A DNA stretch of 32,000 nt from Gemmata obscuriglobus. GTDB taxonomy: Bacteria; Planctomycetota; Planctomycetia; Gemmatales; Gemmataceae. Location of the stretch: assembly GCF_008065095.1 (NCBI RefSeq), contig NZ_CP042911.1:300001-332000 (forward strand), read 5' to 3'. Positions 15,841-25,024 of the stretch are shown one piece after another. Under the pieces are notes generated by a model, which saw only the letters and a program-made list of their open reading frames with translations, searched no databases and was not told the origin of the DNA. How positions within the stretch are numbered: the stretch's first letter is position 1; the number at the start of each line of letters is the position of its first letter. The position numbers were made by a program, and so were the translations under genes.

Positions 15841-16167
15841 GCATCCCATTCGTCGCACAGTGACTGTTGCCCGGTTCGTTGTCCGCCGTCCGCAGGTCCA
15901 CACACGGGCGGTAAGGGCTTCGGGTCAAAAGTCCGATCGTCGAAAGTCGTAAAGCCACAGATCTAGTGGCAATCAGGCTTGCGACTTTATGACTTGCTGA
16001 CCTGACGATTTTTGACTCGATGTCCGAAGCGATGACGAAAATGGCGTGTGGTCAGCGAGTCGCCGACCACACGCCGCCGGTACGTTTCACGTCTGCGCGG
16101 TGCCCCTTGGCCGATCCCGCAGGAGTCGAGCGCGCTCTGGAAACGCTCGGTGAGGTCACGCCCCCGT

Positions 16168-19100
16168 TTACCTCGGTCGAACGCCGCCGGCCGGTACGAC
16201 CGGGGCCGTCGGGCGCACAGCGCCGGCGGGCACCACCGCCCCCCCCCGCGGCCCCGGGCGGGCGCCGTACCCGGCCCCCTGGGCCGTCGGGTACAGGGGC
16301 TCAATACGGATGTCGTCGAAGTACGCCACGCCGACGCCGGTCAGCGCCAGCGTGAGCGAGATCTGGCCCGACGCCGGCACCCGGCGGTACAGGTGGAACT
16401 GCTTCCATCTGTCCTTCGTGTTCGTCACCCGCACCGCGAGCGGTTCGCCGCCCGCGCTGTCGTAAAGCATCGCGCCGTCGGCCGTCAGGGTGATCCCCCC
16501 CGGGACCTTGATCCACCCGCTGACGCGCACCAGGGTTCCGGGCGGGAGCTTCACCGGCGGGCTTTCGACCGCCAGGAACGTCCGCTCCAGCGGCATTGTG
16601 CTCTGCTCCACCGGCTTGCCGTCCGGTGCGATATTGCCGCGCCGCTGCACCTCCAGCTTCAGCACCCCGCGCCCGAGTTCCGGCGCCGGCGGTTCGTACC
16701 CGTCGCCCGGGCGCGTGATCTCCCGGCTCGGGCGGAACATCCTTTGCCCCTGATATTCCGGTATCTTCAACTCCGGTTTGTCCGCGAGCCGGTCCGCCGG
16801 AACGAGGCCCGCGGCCACCTTCACCCGGTCGAGCGTACCGAACCGGGCGCTCCACCCCGGTTGCTCGCTCACCGAGACGCCGTCCTTGGGCAGCGGCCCC
16901 CCGCCGACCGGCTCGAACGTCCCGCCCGGCAGAGCGGACACGCCCACCTGACACGACTGGATCTCGCGGAACAGTTCCCAGTGCCGCGGCAGGCTGTAGT
17001 AGCTCACCGCGAACGGGCTCGCGCTCGGCACGTCGAGCGTCTCGGTGGCCTTCTTCCAGTGGTCCCACATCACCACACGCAAGGGGCGGAGCGCCCGCTG
17101 CGCGTCGGCGAACGCCTGGGCGTACAGTTCCGCCGCGAAGTTGCGCTGCGCGTCGGCGTGTAGCTTCGCCGCCTGCTTGAACAGCGAGTCGGCGCCGCGC
17201 GTCTGGACGCCCATCTCCGCCAGCTTCCGGTACGTCGCGAGCGTCTTGTCGTACTCCTCCGCGGCGAGGTCCATCGCCCACCGGGCGGCCACGCGGCCGT
17301 ACTTGCGGTTGTAGTCCTGCCACCACACCACCAGCCCGTTCTGGCTCACGTCGTTGGTGAACACGATCGGCGTCACCAGGTCGAACTCCCGGATCGTGAG
17401 CTTGGTGCCGCCGGGCACCTTCTGCGCGTCGTTGCGCAGGCACGTCACGCCGGCCGGGGAGATGCGCCACGGGTCGGCGCCGTCGGCCACCAGCGGGACC
17501 GTCACCTGAAGGTCCTTCACGGCGCCCTGTTCCGGGACGTACTGGCTGCCCGGCCCGAGCCAGATCGGCAGCAGCACCGCGCCGTAGTTCCCCCGCAGGT
17601 TCCCGCGGATCAGTGCAGCCTTCACGTGCTCGTGGTTGGTGTCGAGCCACAGCGGCTGCTGGCGCTCCCCGGCGAGCAGCACCGGGGCCAGCATCTCCAG
17701 TTCGGAGTTCAGAATGGCCATGCCCTGGAGCCGCCCGCGCCCGTGGTGGCTGTCCGCCAGGAACTGGTCGGACCAGAACCCGAGGCCCCGGCACCCGCAC
17801 GCCACGCTGATGTAGGCCAACAGGCGCACCTGCTCCGGGTGCGGCCCGATGGGCTCGGCGAACCCGCCGCCCGGGCTCACGCTCGCGACGCTCTCGACGT
17901 ACCAGTCCGGGGCGTGGTTCTGGATCCAGGTCCAGAATACGGCCCGCTTGGAGCTGAGGTTCATGCGCTGCGTGAGCCACCCGCGGTAGCCGTCCATGTC
18001 GAGGCTGGTGAACAGCGGCCACCGGTACGTGCCGACCGCGTCGAGGAACGCGGAATAGCCCTTGAACCCGTCCCACACGCCGGCGCTGAACGGGCGCTTC
18101 GGGTCGCGCAGCCGGAGGTAGTCGCGGGTGCGCTCGACGGCGCCGGTCTGCTCCTGCTGCCGCCCGCCGCCGAGGTCGTAGAAGAGGACGTCGCTGTCGG
18201 CGAATTTGCGGTAGTAGTTGTCGAGCGCGGCGGCCTCCGCGGTGCTGTTGGCCGAGGGCGCCGCGGGCAGGGCCGTGGGCACCGACGGCACCACCAGCCA
18301 GCCCTCACGGTTCGCCTCCTCCAGCACGTCGGCGGGCACGTCGGCGGGCACCCAGAGCGCGTCGAAGCCGGCCTGCCGGAGGACGTGCAGCGGCGCGCCG
18401 GTGTGGCGCACCGCGCGGAAGAAGAACGACTTGTTGTCCACGAACAGTTGCCCGCCCTCCTGCCGGGAGAGCCGCCCCCGGGCGCCCTTTTGCCCCGCGC
18501 CCGGCTTGGGACGCTTCACGACCTCGCCGGCCGCGCCGCCCGGCGCTTCGGTCGCCTTCACGGGGCCGATGTCGAGGTCGTCGATCCAGATGTCGGCGGT
18601 GCCGGGGCCGGTGTACAGGTTCAGCACGATGCGGTCGATGTAGGCGCCGTCCGCGTTCACCGCCCGGCCGATCTGCGTCTGGAGGATGGGCAGGCGCTTG
18701 CCCAGCAGCGCGGGCACGTCCGTGAGCGTCAGCTTCTGCCAGTTCTCCCCGTTGTGGGTGTCCCCCACGATGAGCGCGGTGAGCTGCGATTCGGGCCGGG
18801 CGGGGTCCTGCTCCTTCGGGAAAACCACCCGCGCGCGGAGCTGCACCCCCGGGCGCGTGCACCTCACCCAAACGCCCGCGGACAGCGCCGGGGTGATGAG
18901 GGCCGGGGGCGTGTCGTAGTGGTAGTGGAGGAACGCGGCGTCCCCGGTCGCGGCGTCGGCGGTCAGCCTCAGGTGCTCACTGGTGGGCTGGCTCTTGAAG
19001 AACCGGTCCGAGATGTTGTGCTCTTTCTCCTCGACCTTCATGTTCGCGTCGCCGCGAACGAGCGCGACGTTCTTGCCGCCGAACTGGAACCGGTAGATCG

Positions 19101-19191
19101 ATTCGCCCCGTGCCGGCACAAGCGCGAATCCCACCCCGAGCAGCACCAGCACGGCGACCATCAGCACATAGCGGCGCGTGGGTGTCGGCAT
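16168..19191 (-). CDS. Large (1007 aa) N-terminally membrane-anchored or exported protein; possibly a glycoside-hydrolase-like architecture (uncertain)
   Basis: Start ATG 19191 (MPTPTRRYVLMVAVLVLLGVGFALV). The 60-aa upstream extension in the track ORF is R-rich. The long translation is non-repetitive and protein-like. The functional guess rests only on the general look of the central region, with no catalytic motif identified. Confidence 0.75.
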   Translation of the reverse strand: MPTPTRRYVLMVAVLVLLGVGFALVPARGESIYRFQFGGKNVALVRGDANMKVEEKEHNISDRFFKSQPTSEHLRLTADAATGDAAFLHYHYDTPPALITPALSAGVWVRCTRPGVQLRARVVFPKEQDPARPESQLTALIVGDTHNGENWQKLTLTDVPALLGKRLPILQTQIGRAVNADGAYIDRIVLNLYTGPGTADIWIDDLDIGPVKATEAPGGAAGEVVKRPKPGAGQKGARGRLSRQEGGQLFVDNKSFFFRAVRHTGAPLHVLRQAGFDALWVPADVPADVLEEANREGWLVVPSVPTALPAAPSANSTAEAAALDNYYRKFADSDVLFYDLGGGRQQEQTGAVERTRDYLRLRDPKRPFSAGVWDGFKGYSAFLDAVGTYRWPLFTSLDMDGYRGWLTQRMNLSSKRAVFWTWIQNHAPDWYVESVASVSPGGGFAEPIGPHPEQVRLLAYISVACGCRGLGFWSDQFLADSHHGRGRLQGMAILNSELEMLAPVLLAGERQQPLWLDTNHEHVKAALIRGNLRGNYGAVLLPIWLGPGSQYVPEQGAVKDLQVTVPLVADGADPWRISPAGVTCLRNDAQKVPGGTKLTIREFDLVTPIVFTNDVSQNGLVVWWQDYNRKYGRVAARWAMDLAAEEYDKTLATYRKLAEMGVQTRGADSLFKQAAKLHADAQRNFAAELYAQAFADAQRALRPLRVVMWDHWKKATETLDVPSASPFAVSYYSLPRHWELFREIQSCQVGVSALPGGTFEPVGGGPLPKDGVSVSEQPGWSARFGTLDRVKVAAGLVPADRLADKPELKIPEYQGQRMFRPSREITRPGDGYEPPAPELGRGVLKLEVQRRGNIAPDGKPVEQSTMPLERTFLAVESPPVKLPPGTLVRVSGWIKVPGGITLTADGAMLYDSAGGEPLAVRVTNTKDRWKQFHLYRRVPASGQISLTLALTGVGVAYFDDIRIEPLYPTAQGAGYGARPGPRGGAVVPAGAVRPTAPVVPAGGVRPR

Positions 19192-19373
19192 CGCGATTTC
19201 GCTCCTTGCGTTCGGGTCCGCAGCCACCCGGAGCGTATACCCCGCCCGCCGGGCGTGCGGAAGACCAACCGCGACGCCCCGAAATGCGTGTTTCGTGTGA
19301 ACCGGTGGGCGGGCGCGCCCCGTTCCGCTACTCTGGCGCCGACGGCCTGCCGTCACACGTCCCGGACACACAA

Positions 19374-19781
19374 ATGGAGTTTCCGATGTTCCGACTGCTC
19401 CTGAGCGGGTTCGTCCTCACGGTCGCCGCGCTCGTCGCGGGCGCCGACGAGAAGAAGGATCCGAAGGCGACGACCACCTGGGTTCGCGAGAGCAACGGCG
19501 TGGATCTGAAGTTCGAGTTTGGGAAAGACGCGGGCACGTTCAACGTGTTCGTCGGCGAGAACGGGGTCGTCGTCAAAGCCAAGCTGACCCGGGAAAAGGA
19601 CACGGTGACGGCCGAGTTCACCGAGGTGGAAGAGAAGGGTAACTTCCCCAGCAAGCCGAAGAAGGGCGACAAGATCAGCTTCACGTGGGTCGAGAAGGAC
19701 GGCGCCGCGAAGCTGTCCGACCTCAAGGGGGCGGACGACGCGAAGGACGTGCTCGAAGGCGAGTACAAAGTCAAGAAGTGA
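19374..19781 (+). CDS. Small exported K/E-rich beta-type protein (135 aa)
   Basis: ATG 19374 (MEFPMFRLLLSGFVLTVAALVAGADEKKD), with an alternative ATG at 19386. The track ORF extension from 19110 is P/R-rich and overlaps the divergent promoter region. Confidence 0.7.
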   Translation: MEFPMFRLLLSGFVLTVAALVAGADEKKDPKATTTWVRESNGVDLKFEFGKDAGTFNVFVGENGVVVKAKLTREKDTVTAEFTEVEEKGNFPSKPKKGDKISFTWVEKDGAAKLSDLKGADDAKDVLEGEYKVKK

Positions 19782-19926
19782 TCTCGATCTCCGGCCCCTC
19801 GGCCGCATCCGATTCCAGTCGTTTCCAGTTCGTCGCAGCGTAGTTCGCCACCCGCCTGCGTCAGCAGGCGGGTGACATCTCGGCGTGTTCGGTTCGATCG
19901 GATGTGACAGAGGAGCGACTAAACGG

Positions 19927-19976
19927 CCGAAGTGCCGCGGCGACGAGGAAAAGTCCTCGTCGCCGCGGCACTTCGG
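19927..19976. terminator. Bidirectional terminator-like hairpin (23-bp stem, loop AAAG)
   Basis: CCGAAGTGCCGCGGCGACGAGGA-aaag-TCCTCGTCGCCGCGGCACTTCGG, between convergent genes (19781 stop, rpmB stop 19998). A second hairpin CACCCGCCTGC-gtca-GCAGGCGGGTG lies at 19849-19874. Confidence 0.75.
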
Positions 19977-19997
19977 GTGTTGAGCTTGTCCGCTCGC

Positions 19998-20258
19998 TTA
20001 GACGTTAACCTTCTCGAAAGGCTGGACCTTCACGGGCTTCACGACCAGGCCGCTACGAATGGCGGAGGCGGACACCCACACCCGCTTCGCCTCGCCGTCC
20101 ACCACGCAGAGCACCTTCTGCAGGTTCGGTTTGAACTTGCGGCGGCTTGTGCCGAGGATCTTCTTACCGACGCCGCCCAAGTACTTCGCCTTACCGCGGT
20201 ACTTCTTGCGGTTCCCGAAGACCGCTTTCTTGCCGGTGAAAATGCACGTCTTGGCCAT
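19998..20258 (-). CDS. rpmB: 50S ribosomal protein L28
   Basis: MAKTCIFTGKKAVFGNRKKYRGKAKYLGGVGKKILGTSRRKFKPNLQKV... shows the typical L28 pattern (C..TGK...GN, R.F.PNLQ). Confidence 0.9.
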   Translation of the reverse strand: MAKTCIFTGKKAVFGNRKKYRGKAKYLGGVGKKILGTSRRKFKPNLQKVLCVVDGEAKRVWVSASAIRSGLVVKPVKVQPFEKVNV

Positions 20259-20319
20259 GGCCGTTGATCCCAGTTACCTCGGCCCGGGGACCGGGACCGA
20301 ACGCGAAATCGAAAATCTT

Positions 20320-20347
20320 ACTATAGCGGTCGCTCCGACAGTGGCAA
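20320..20347 (-). promoter_or_regulatory. Sigma70-like promoter candidate for rpmB (TTGCCA-N16-TATAGT)
   Basis: On the minus strand the -35 TTGCCA is the complement of 20342-20347 and the -10 TATAGT is the complement of 20320-20325. It lies about 60 nt upstream of ATG 20258. Sequence match only. Confidence 0.4.
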
Positions 20348-20399
20348 GGATTCCGGCCGGTTGATATACCGTGCCCGCATCCATCTCCGGGAGCAACCG

Positions 20400-21611
20400 A
20401 TGCCGGAATCCGAGTCGCCCCAGGTCGTGCGGGACCGGCGCAGTCTGCTCGTTGCGGTTATTGTCGTGTGTTTGGCGCTTCCGAGCGCGGCATTCCTCGT
20501 TTCCGTCGCCCCGGGCGGCCGCCACACCGAACAACTGTTCTGGCTGGCCGGCACCGCCGTCGCCGGGGCGGCGCTCCCGTTCCTGTACTGGAACCCGTAC
20601 CGGGCACTCGGCTTCGTTTCCCTGGCCGCACTGGCGTGGCTCGCGGCGGCGGCGCACGGCGTGTACTGGCACGAGTGGCCCGGTTGGGCGCACGGGTTCC
20701 CGCTGGGGGTGGTCGTCGGGGCCTGTGCCAGGGGGCAGCGCGGGAAACAGCCGGTGGCCGAAGCCGCGCTGCTCGCCGGCGCGGTTCTCGTCGGCGTGGG
20801 GGCGTCGCGGGCGTTCGACTTGCGCGGCCGGCCGTACGACGTGGTGGAGTGGTTCGTACTTGCGGCCGCGGTCGCGCTCGTGGGGTGGTCGTGGGTGCGG
20901 CTGTTCCGTCCGGCGTTCGAGGTGTCACTGGAGCCGGTGTGCTGGCTCGCGTACCGCATCCGGTGGCGCGGGCCGGGGTTTGCCCAGTTCCCCCGAACGG
21001 GGCCGTGCCTGGTGATCGCGAACCACGCCTGCTGGCTCGATCCCATCTTTCTTGTAAAGGTGCTGCCCCGTCCCCTCACCCCGATGATGACCTCGGGGTT
21101 CTACGACCTCCCGGTCATCCGCGCGTTGATGGTTAAGTTCGGCGTGATCCGAGTTCCGGACCGGGCGCTGAAAAAGGAAGCGCCCGAACTCCAGGAGGCG
21201 ATCGCGGCTCTGGACCGCGGCGAGTGCGTGGTGATTTTCCCGGAGGGGTACTTGCGCCGGTCGAACGACCGGGAGCTGCGCCGGTTCGGCCAGGGGGTGT
21301 GGAAGATCCTGAAGGAGCGCCCGAACACGCCGGTGTTCGCCGCGTGGATCGAGGGCGGCTGGGGCAGCTACACCTCGCACTTCAACGGCGCACCGACCCG
21401 GAACAAGAAACCGGACGTCCGGCGCCGCATTGACGTGGGGATGCTCGCCGCGGTGACGGTTCCGTCGGGAGTGCTGGAAGGGCACCTCCAAACGCGCACG
21501 CACCTGATGAATCTGGTCAGCGCCGCCCGGAGCCACGCGGGTGTGGAACCGCTCGCGTCGTTCGACCTGCCGGCAAAAGCGGAAGAAGTGGAAGCGGAGG
21601 GAGAAGTGTGA
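20400..21611 (+). CDS. Lysophospholipid / 1-acyl-sn-glycerol-3-phosphate acyltransferase (PlsC family) with a multi-TM N-terminal extension
   Basis: The first ATG at 20400 (MPESES); the track ORF starts at TTG 20361. The first ~180 aa are hydrophobic. HX4D motif VIANHACWLDP, then VIFPEGYLRRS. Confidence 0.8.
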   Translation: MPESESPQVVRDRRSLLVAVIVVCLALPSAAFLVSVAPGGRHTEQLFWLAGTAVAGAALPFLYWNPYRALGFVSLAALAWLAAAAHGVYWHEWPGWAHGFPLGVVVGACARGQRGKQPVAEAALLAGAVLVGVGASRAFDLRGRPYDVVEWFVLAAAVALVGWSWVRLFRPAFEVSLEPVCWLAYRIRWRGPGFAQFPRTGPCLVIANHACWLDPIFLVKVLPRPLTPMMTSGFYDLPVIRALMVKFGVIRVPDRALKKEAPELQEAIAALDRGECVVIFPEGYLRRSNDRELRRFGQGVWKILKERPNTPVFAAWIEGGWGSYTSHFNGAPTRNKKPDVRRRIDVGMLAAVTVPSGVLEGHLQTRTHLMNLVSAARSHAGVEPLASFDLPAKAEEVEAEGEV

Positions 21612-21684
21612 CGGGCTGTGCGGTTGAAGGGGTCGGGCGCCCCGGCCGTGCGGCCGGGGTCCGCCTGAACGTTGAACCCGCCGC

Positions 21685-21909
21685 TCATGCCGATGTGGGG
21701 CGGTTACTGCGGAACGCCTGCATCACTTCGTACAGGTCGGTGCTCACGACCACCTCGTCGTCGAGGAAGTCTTTGAGCCATATGAAATTCATGCGCTGGG
21801 CCATAGCCATCACGGGCAGCAGGTCGCCGAGGCGCACGCGCACGTCGGGCTCGGTGGTGCAGACGGTCTCTTCTGGCTCGGGAGTGTAGAGTTTCAGTCG
21901 GGTTGCCAT
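21685..21909 (-). CDS. Small (74 aa) acidic hypothetical protein
   Basis: ATG 21909 is preceded by GGAGGA (alternative ATG 21921). Translation: MATRLKLYTPEPEETVCTTEPDVRVRLGDLLPVMAMAQRMNFIWLKDFLDDEVVVSTDLYEVMQAF. It is divergent from gpsA. Confidence 0.55.
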   Translation of the reverse strand: MATRLKLYTPEPEETVCTTEPDVRVRLGDLLPVMAMAQRMNFIWLKDFLDDEVVVSTDLYEVMQAFRSNRPTSA

Positions 21910-22139
21910 GTCATCCTCCATAGCGAGAGAGCACGGTACCGGTCCCCCCGTAGGTCGCACAGGTTCCCCAACCCGCACAACCCGCGCCGGTAACCCGAGC
22001 GGATTCTCGCCTGTTTAATCGGCCAGCGAATGCGGGCAACTTCAGCGCGACCTGCGAAGGGCGGCGGATTGAGTGCCCGAGTAGATAAGATGTACCGGGG
22101 CGAACGCCCGCGCCATCTCCGTAGGTGGAAATATGTACC

Positions 22140-23138
22140 ATGTCGATCACGTTTGCGGTTCTCGGTAGCGGCGGGTGGGGGACGGCCGTCGCGTGCCTGC
22201 TCGCCCAGCACCCGAACCACCGGGTGCGGCTGTGGAGCGCGCACCCGGAACACGCGGCGCTGCTGGACGCGGCCCGCGAGAACACGCGGCTGCTCCCGGG
22301 CGTGAAGCTGCCCGACGCGCTCCGCGTCGAGTTCGACGCGGCAGAAGCCGTTGCGGGTGCGGACTGCTGGGTCAGCGCGGTCCCGACGGCCTACTTACGC
22401 GCCACGCTGCACCGGTTCTCGGGGCTGTGTCGCCCCGACGTGCCGGTGGTGAGCCTCACGAAGGGGCTCGAGGTCGCGACCTTCCGCCGGCCGTCGGAGA
22501 TCATCTGCGACGTGCTGGGCACCGAGAGGGTGGCGGTGCTGAGCGGCCCGAGCCACGCGGAAGAGGTCGCGCGCGGGATGCCCACGTCGCTGGCGGTGGC
22601 GGCGCCCGACGGCGGGCTCGCGATGTGGGTGCAGCAGCGGTTCGGGACGGACCGGTTCCGCGTGTACACGAACAACGACCTGGTCGGCGTCGAACTGGCC
22701 GGCGCGCTGAAGAACGTGATCGGGATCGCCGCCGGCGTGTGCGACGGGCTCGGGTTCGGGGACAACGCGAAGGCCGCGATGCTCACCCGCGGGCTGGTCG
22801 AGATGACGCGGTTCGGGGTGGCCCACGGCGCCGAGCCCGCAACGTTCTCGGGCCTGACTGGGATCGGCGACCTGATGACCACGTGCTTCAGCCCGCACGG
22901 GCGGAACCGGCGCGTGGGGTATCGGCTCGGGAAGGGCGAGCCGCTCGCCGAGGTGCTGGCCGGCCCGCAAGTTGCGGAGGGCGTGCTCACCGCGAAAAGC
23001 GTTCACGAGCGGGTCGTGCGGAGCGGCATTGAGGCCCCGATCATGACCGGGGTGTACGAAGTGCTGCACAACGGCAAGCCGCCGCTGGCCGCGGTACAAG
23101 ACCTCATGTCGCGAAGCTTGAAGCACGAACGCGGGTGA
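22140..23138 (+). CDS. gpsA: NAD(P)H-dependent glycerol-3-phosphate dehydrogenase
   Basis: MSITFAVLGSGGWGTAVACLLA (Rossmann GxGxxG), GALKNVIGIAAG, NRRVGYRLGKG. 332 aa from ATG 22140. Confidence 0.9.
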   Translation: MSITFAVLGSGGWGTAVACLLAQHPNHRVRLWSAHPEHAALLDAARENTRLLPGVKLPDALRVEFDAAEAVAGADCWVSAVPTAYLRATLHRFSGLCRPDVPVVSLTKGLEVATFRRPSEIICDVLGTERVAVLSGPSHAEEVARGMPTSLAVAAPDGGLAMWVQQRFGTDRFRVYTNNDLVGVELAGALKNVIGIAAGVCDGLGFGDNAKAAMLTRGLVEMTRFGVAHGAEPATFSGLTGIGDLMTTCFSPHGRNRRVGYRLGKGEPLAEVLAGPQVAEGVLTAKSVHERVVRSGIEAPIMTGVYEVLHNGKPPLAAVQDLMSRSLKHERG

Positions 23139-23182
23139 ACGGTCCGCTCTGCGGGGCCGGCCAAACTACGGGGACGTTCGAG

Positions 23183-23692
23183 ATGCTGTCGATCGCGTTC
23201 AAGGAGTGGGCGGTGATCTGCGAAGCGCTCGCGGAGGGGCGCCAGGCGCTGATCCTGCGGAAGGGGGGCATATCCGAAGAGAACGGCGAGTTCCGCCCGG
23301 AGCACGCCGAATTCCTGCTCTACCCCACGTACTTCCACGAGCACCGCGCCGGTATCAAGCCGGAGTTCCTTCCCCTCCTCGGACGCGCCGAGGCCGCAAA
23401 GCCCAAGGCCGGTACGGTTCGCTTCACACACTTCGTGAAGGTCGAGTCCGTTTCGCACGTCACCGATCTGGAGTCGGCCCTCGCGCTCGATCCTCGGCAC
23501 GCCTGGACGCCCGACGTGGTGAAGCAGCGGTTCAACTACCGCGCGCCGGGGCTGTACGTGCTGAGCGTTCGCGCGTTCAAGCTCGCGCGGCCGGCGGAAG
23601 TCTTCGAGAGCCCCGAGTACGCGGGGTGCAAGACGTGGGTGCAACTCGACGCACCGGTGAGCACCGAAGGGGCCGAACCGGTTGCGGGGTAG
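23183..23692 (+). CDS. DUF1802 family protein
   Basis: ATG 23183. MLSIAFKEWAVICEALAEGRQALILRKGGI matches the DUF1802 N-terminal pattern as I remember it. Function unknown. Confidence 0.65.
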   Translation: MLSIAFKEWAVICEALAEGRQALILRKGGISEENGEFRPEHAEFLLYPTYFHEHRAGIKPEFLPLLGRAEAAKPKAGTVRFTHFVKVESVSHVTDLESALALDPRHAWTPDVVKQRFNYRAPGLYVLSVRAFKLARPAEVFESPEYAGCKTWVQLDAPVSTEGAEPVAG

Positions 23693-24054
23693 CGCGGCGC
23701 GGGAGGCCCAATGGGACTTACTGAGTTGATTCTGGGGTGGGCGTGTGGTTGGGGCTTGGGATTTGCGCCGGGTTGAGTGCCTTCACTCCTCCCGGTGTGA
23801 ACCGCTGATTATCGCTACGCCCGATCCGGCGCGAAGTGCTCCAGCGCGTCCGTCACCTGCTCGATCCGGACGCATCCAACGCGCGCCCGCCGATGGGGCC
23901 GGCGACCGTTGACACGCCCCGGGGGGCATCTGGTCGCTCGTTACCAACGGCTCCCGGCCAACGCGCCGCCGACGTTGTTGCGGAACTGCTCCGCCGATGT
24001 CCTCCCGCCCAACCGGCGGATCGCGGAACGCATCCCATCGGCCGACTCGCCCCT

Positions 24055-24855
24055 TCACTTCACCTCAATGAGGCGGCACTCGGACAGCGGGATTTCGTCC
24101 TCGTCGCCGACGAGCAGCAGCTTCGCCCCGACGCACCGCGTCGGCCCGTTGTCCGGGCAGACGTGATCGGTCTCGAGCCCGAGCGCGAAGGTGCCGTCCG
24201 CCCGGTACGAGGCGGGGTACACGAGCGGCAGGTGAACGTCGAAGGTGGTCCCGTCCCGGAGCGTCAGCGTGGCGGGCCGGTAGAGCTGGTCGAGCAGCGC
24301 CTCGGCGGGTGCGAGCCGCACCTTCCGCAGCGCCTCCCACGCCACCCACAGGTATTCGCCCCCGCGGAACGCTTCGAGCACCGACGCGAACCGGTCGTCG
24401 GCGTCGCGAAGCCCGTCGAACTCGCGCCCGTCGATGAACCCCCGCACCACCGGGCTCACGCGGTCGGCCGCGTCGACCGCCCGCACCGCCCGCTCGGGTT
24501 CGGCGCGCCGGAGCCGCTTCACCGCTTTCCAGCGCCGCGCCGCGTGGTCCGGCGGCGGTTCGGGAACGATCGTCGGCTCGCGCCCCTCGATCGTGCGCAA
24601 CCGCTCGCTGCGAAACAGCCGGTGCAAGCCGCGTTCGGTCTCGGGCCACTCAGGGGCGTCGGTGTGGACGCGGGCGATGTGTTCGCCCGCCTCGTCGAGC
24701 CGCCCCGCGAACGCGAGCAGGTCCGCGAACAGGCGGAGGGCGGCGGGGTCGTCCGGCCGGCTCGCCACCGCGGCCTGCTGGAGCGCGACCGCGTCCGCGA
24801 GCCGGCCGTCGGTGAGCAGGTCGTGTGCGGTCGGTTCCATACCGACAGTGTACAT
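24055..24855 (-). CDS. tagJ: TagJ / ImpE-family protein (type VI secretion accessory protein family)
   Basis: N-terminal TPR-like segment LLTDGRLADAVALQQAAVASRPDDPAALRLFADLLAFAGRLDEA. C-terminal ImpE-like segment DADDRFASVLEAFRGGEYLWVAWEALRKV...LPLVYPAS...GAKLLLVGDEDEIPLSECRLIEV. Start is ATG 24855 (GGAAGG upstream) or ATG 24840; the track start 24912 is a TTG. Confidence 0.75.
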   Translation of the reverse strand: MYTVGMEPTAHDLLTDGRLADAVALQQAAVASRPDDPAALRLFADLLAFAGRLDEAGEHIARVHTDAPEWPETERGLHRLFRSERLRTIEGREPTIVPEPPPDHAARRWKAVKRLRRAEPERAVRAVDAADRVSPVVRGFIDGREFDGLRDADDRFASVLEAFRGGEYLWVAWEALRKVRLAPAEALLDQLYRPATLTLRDGTTFDVHLPLVYPASYRADGTFALGLETDHVCPDNGPTRCVGAKLLLVGDEDEIPLSECRLIEVK

Positions 24856-25024
24856 CGCCCTTCCGCCCGCGCAACAAGAAGGGCGGGTCTGAGCTTCGGC
24901 CTCTGGCGCCAATGGCGCTCAAGTGGATGTCGAACGGGTGGCGGAATGAACCCCGATCGGGTTAACACGGCGGCCCGAGGCGCTGATGGGTCGCACCAAC
25001 ACGCGGTGGATGGGGTTAAAGCGA

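Noticed and set aside
23693-24054. 362-nt gap downstream of tagJ. I looked for a missed gene (91-aa and 61-aa minus ORFs, a 30-aa peptide MRSAIRRLGGRTSAEQFRNNVGGALAGSRW)
   Set aside because: No frame gives a sustained protein-like translation. The listed ORFs are R/G-rich, and the only plausible pieces are short and in different frames. It might be a decayed remnant, but I cannot support a call.
24055-24855. Calling the region a type VI secretion locus on the basis of TagJ
   Set aside because: No sheath, baseplate, Hcp, VgrG, ClpV or membrane-complex genes are present anywhere in the 32 kb. Only the single accessory-family gene is supported.
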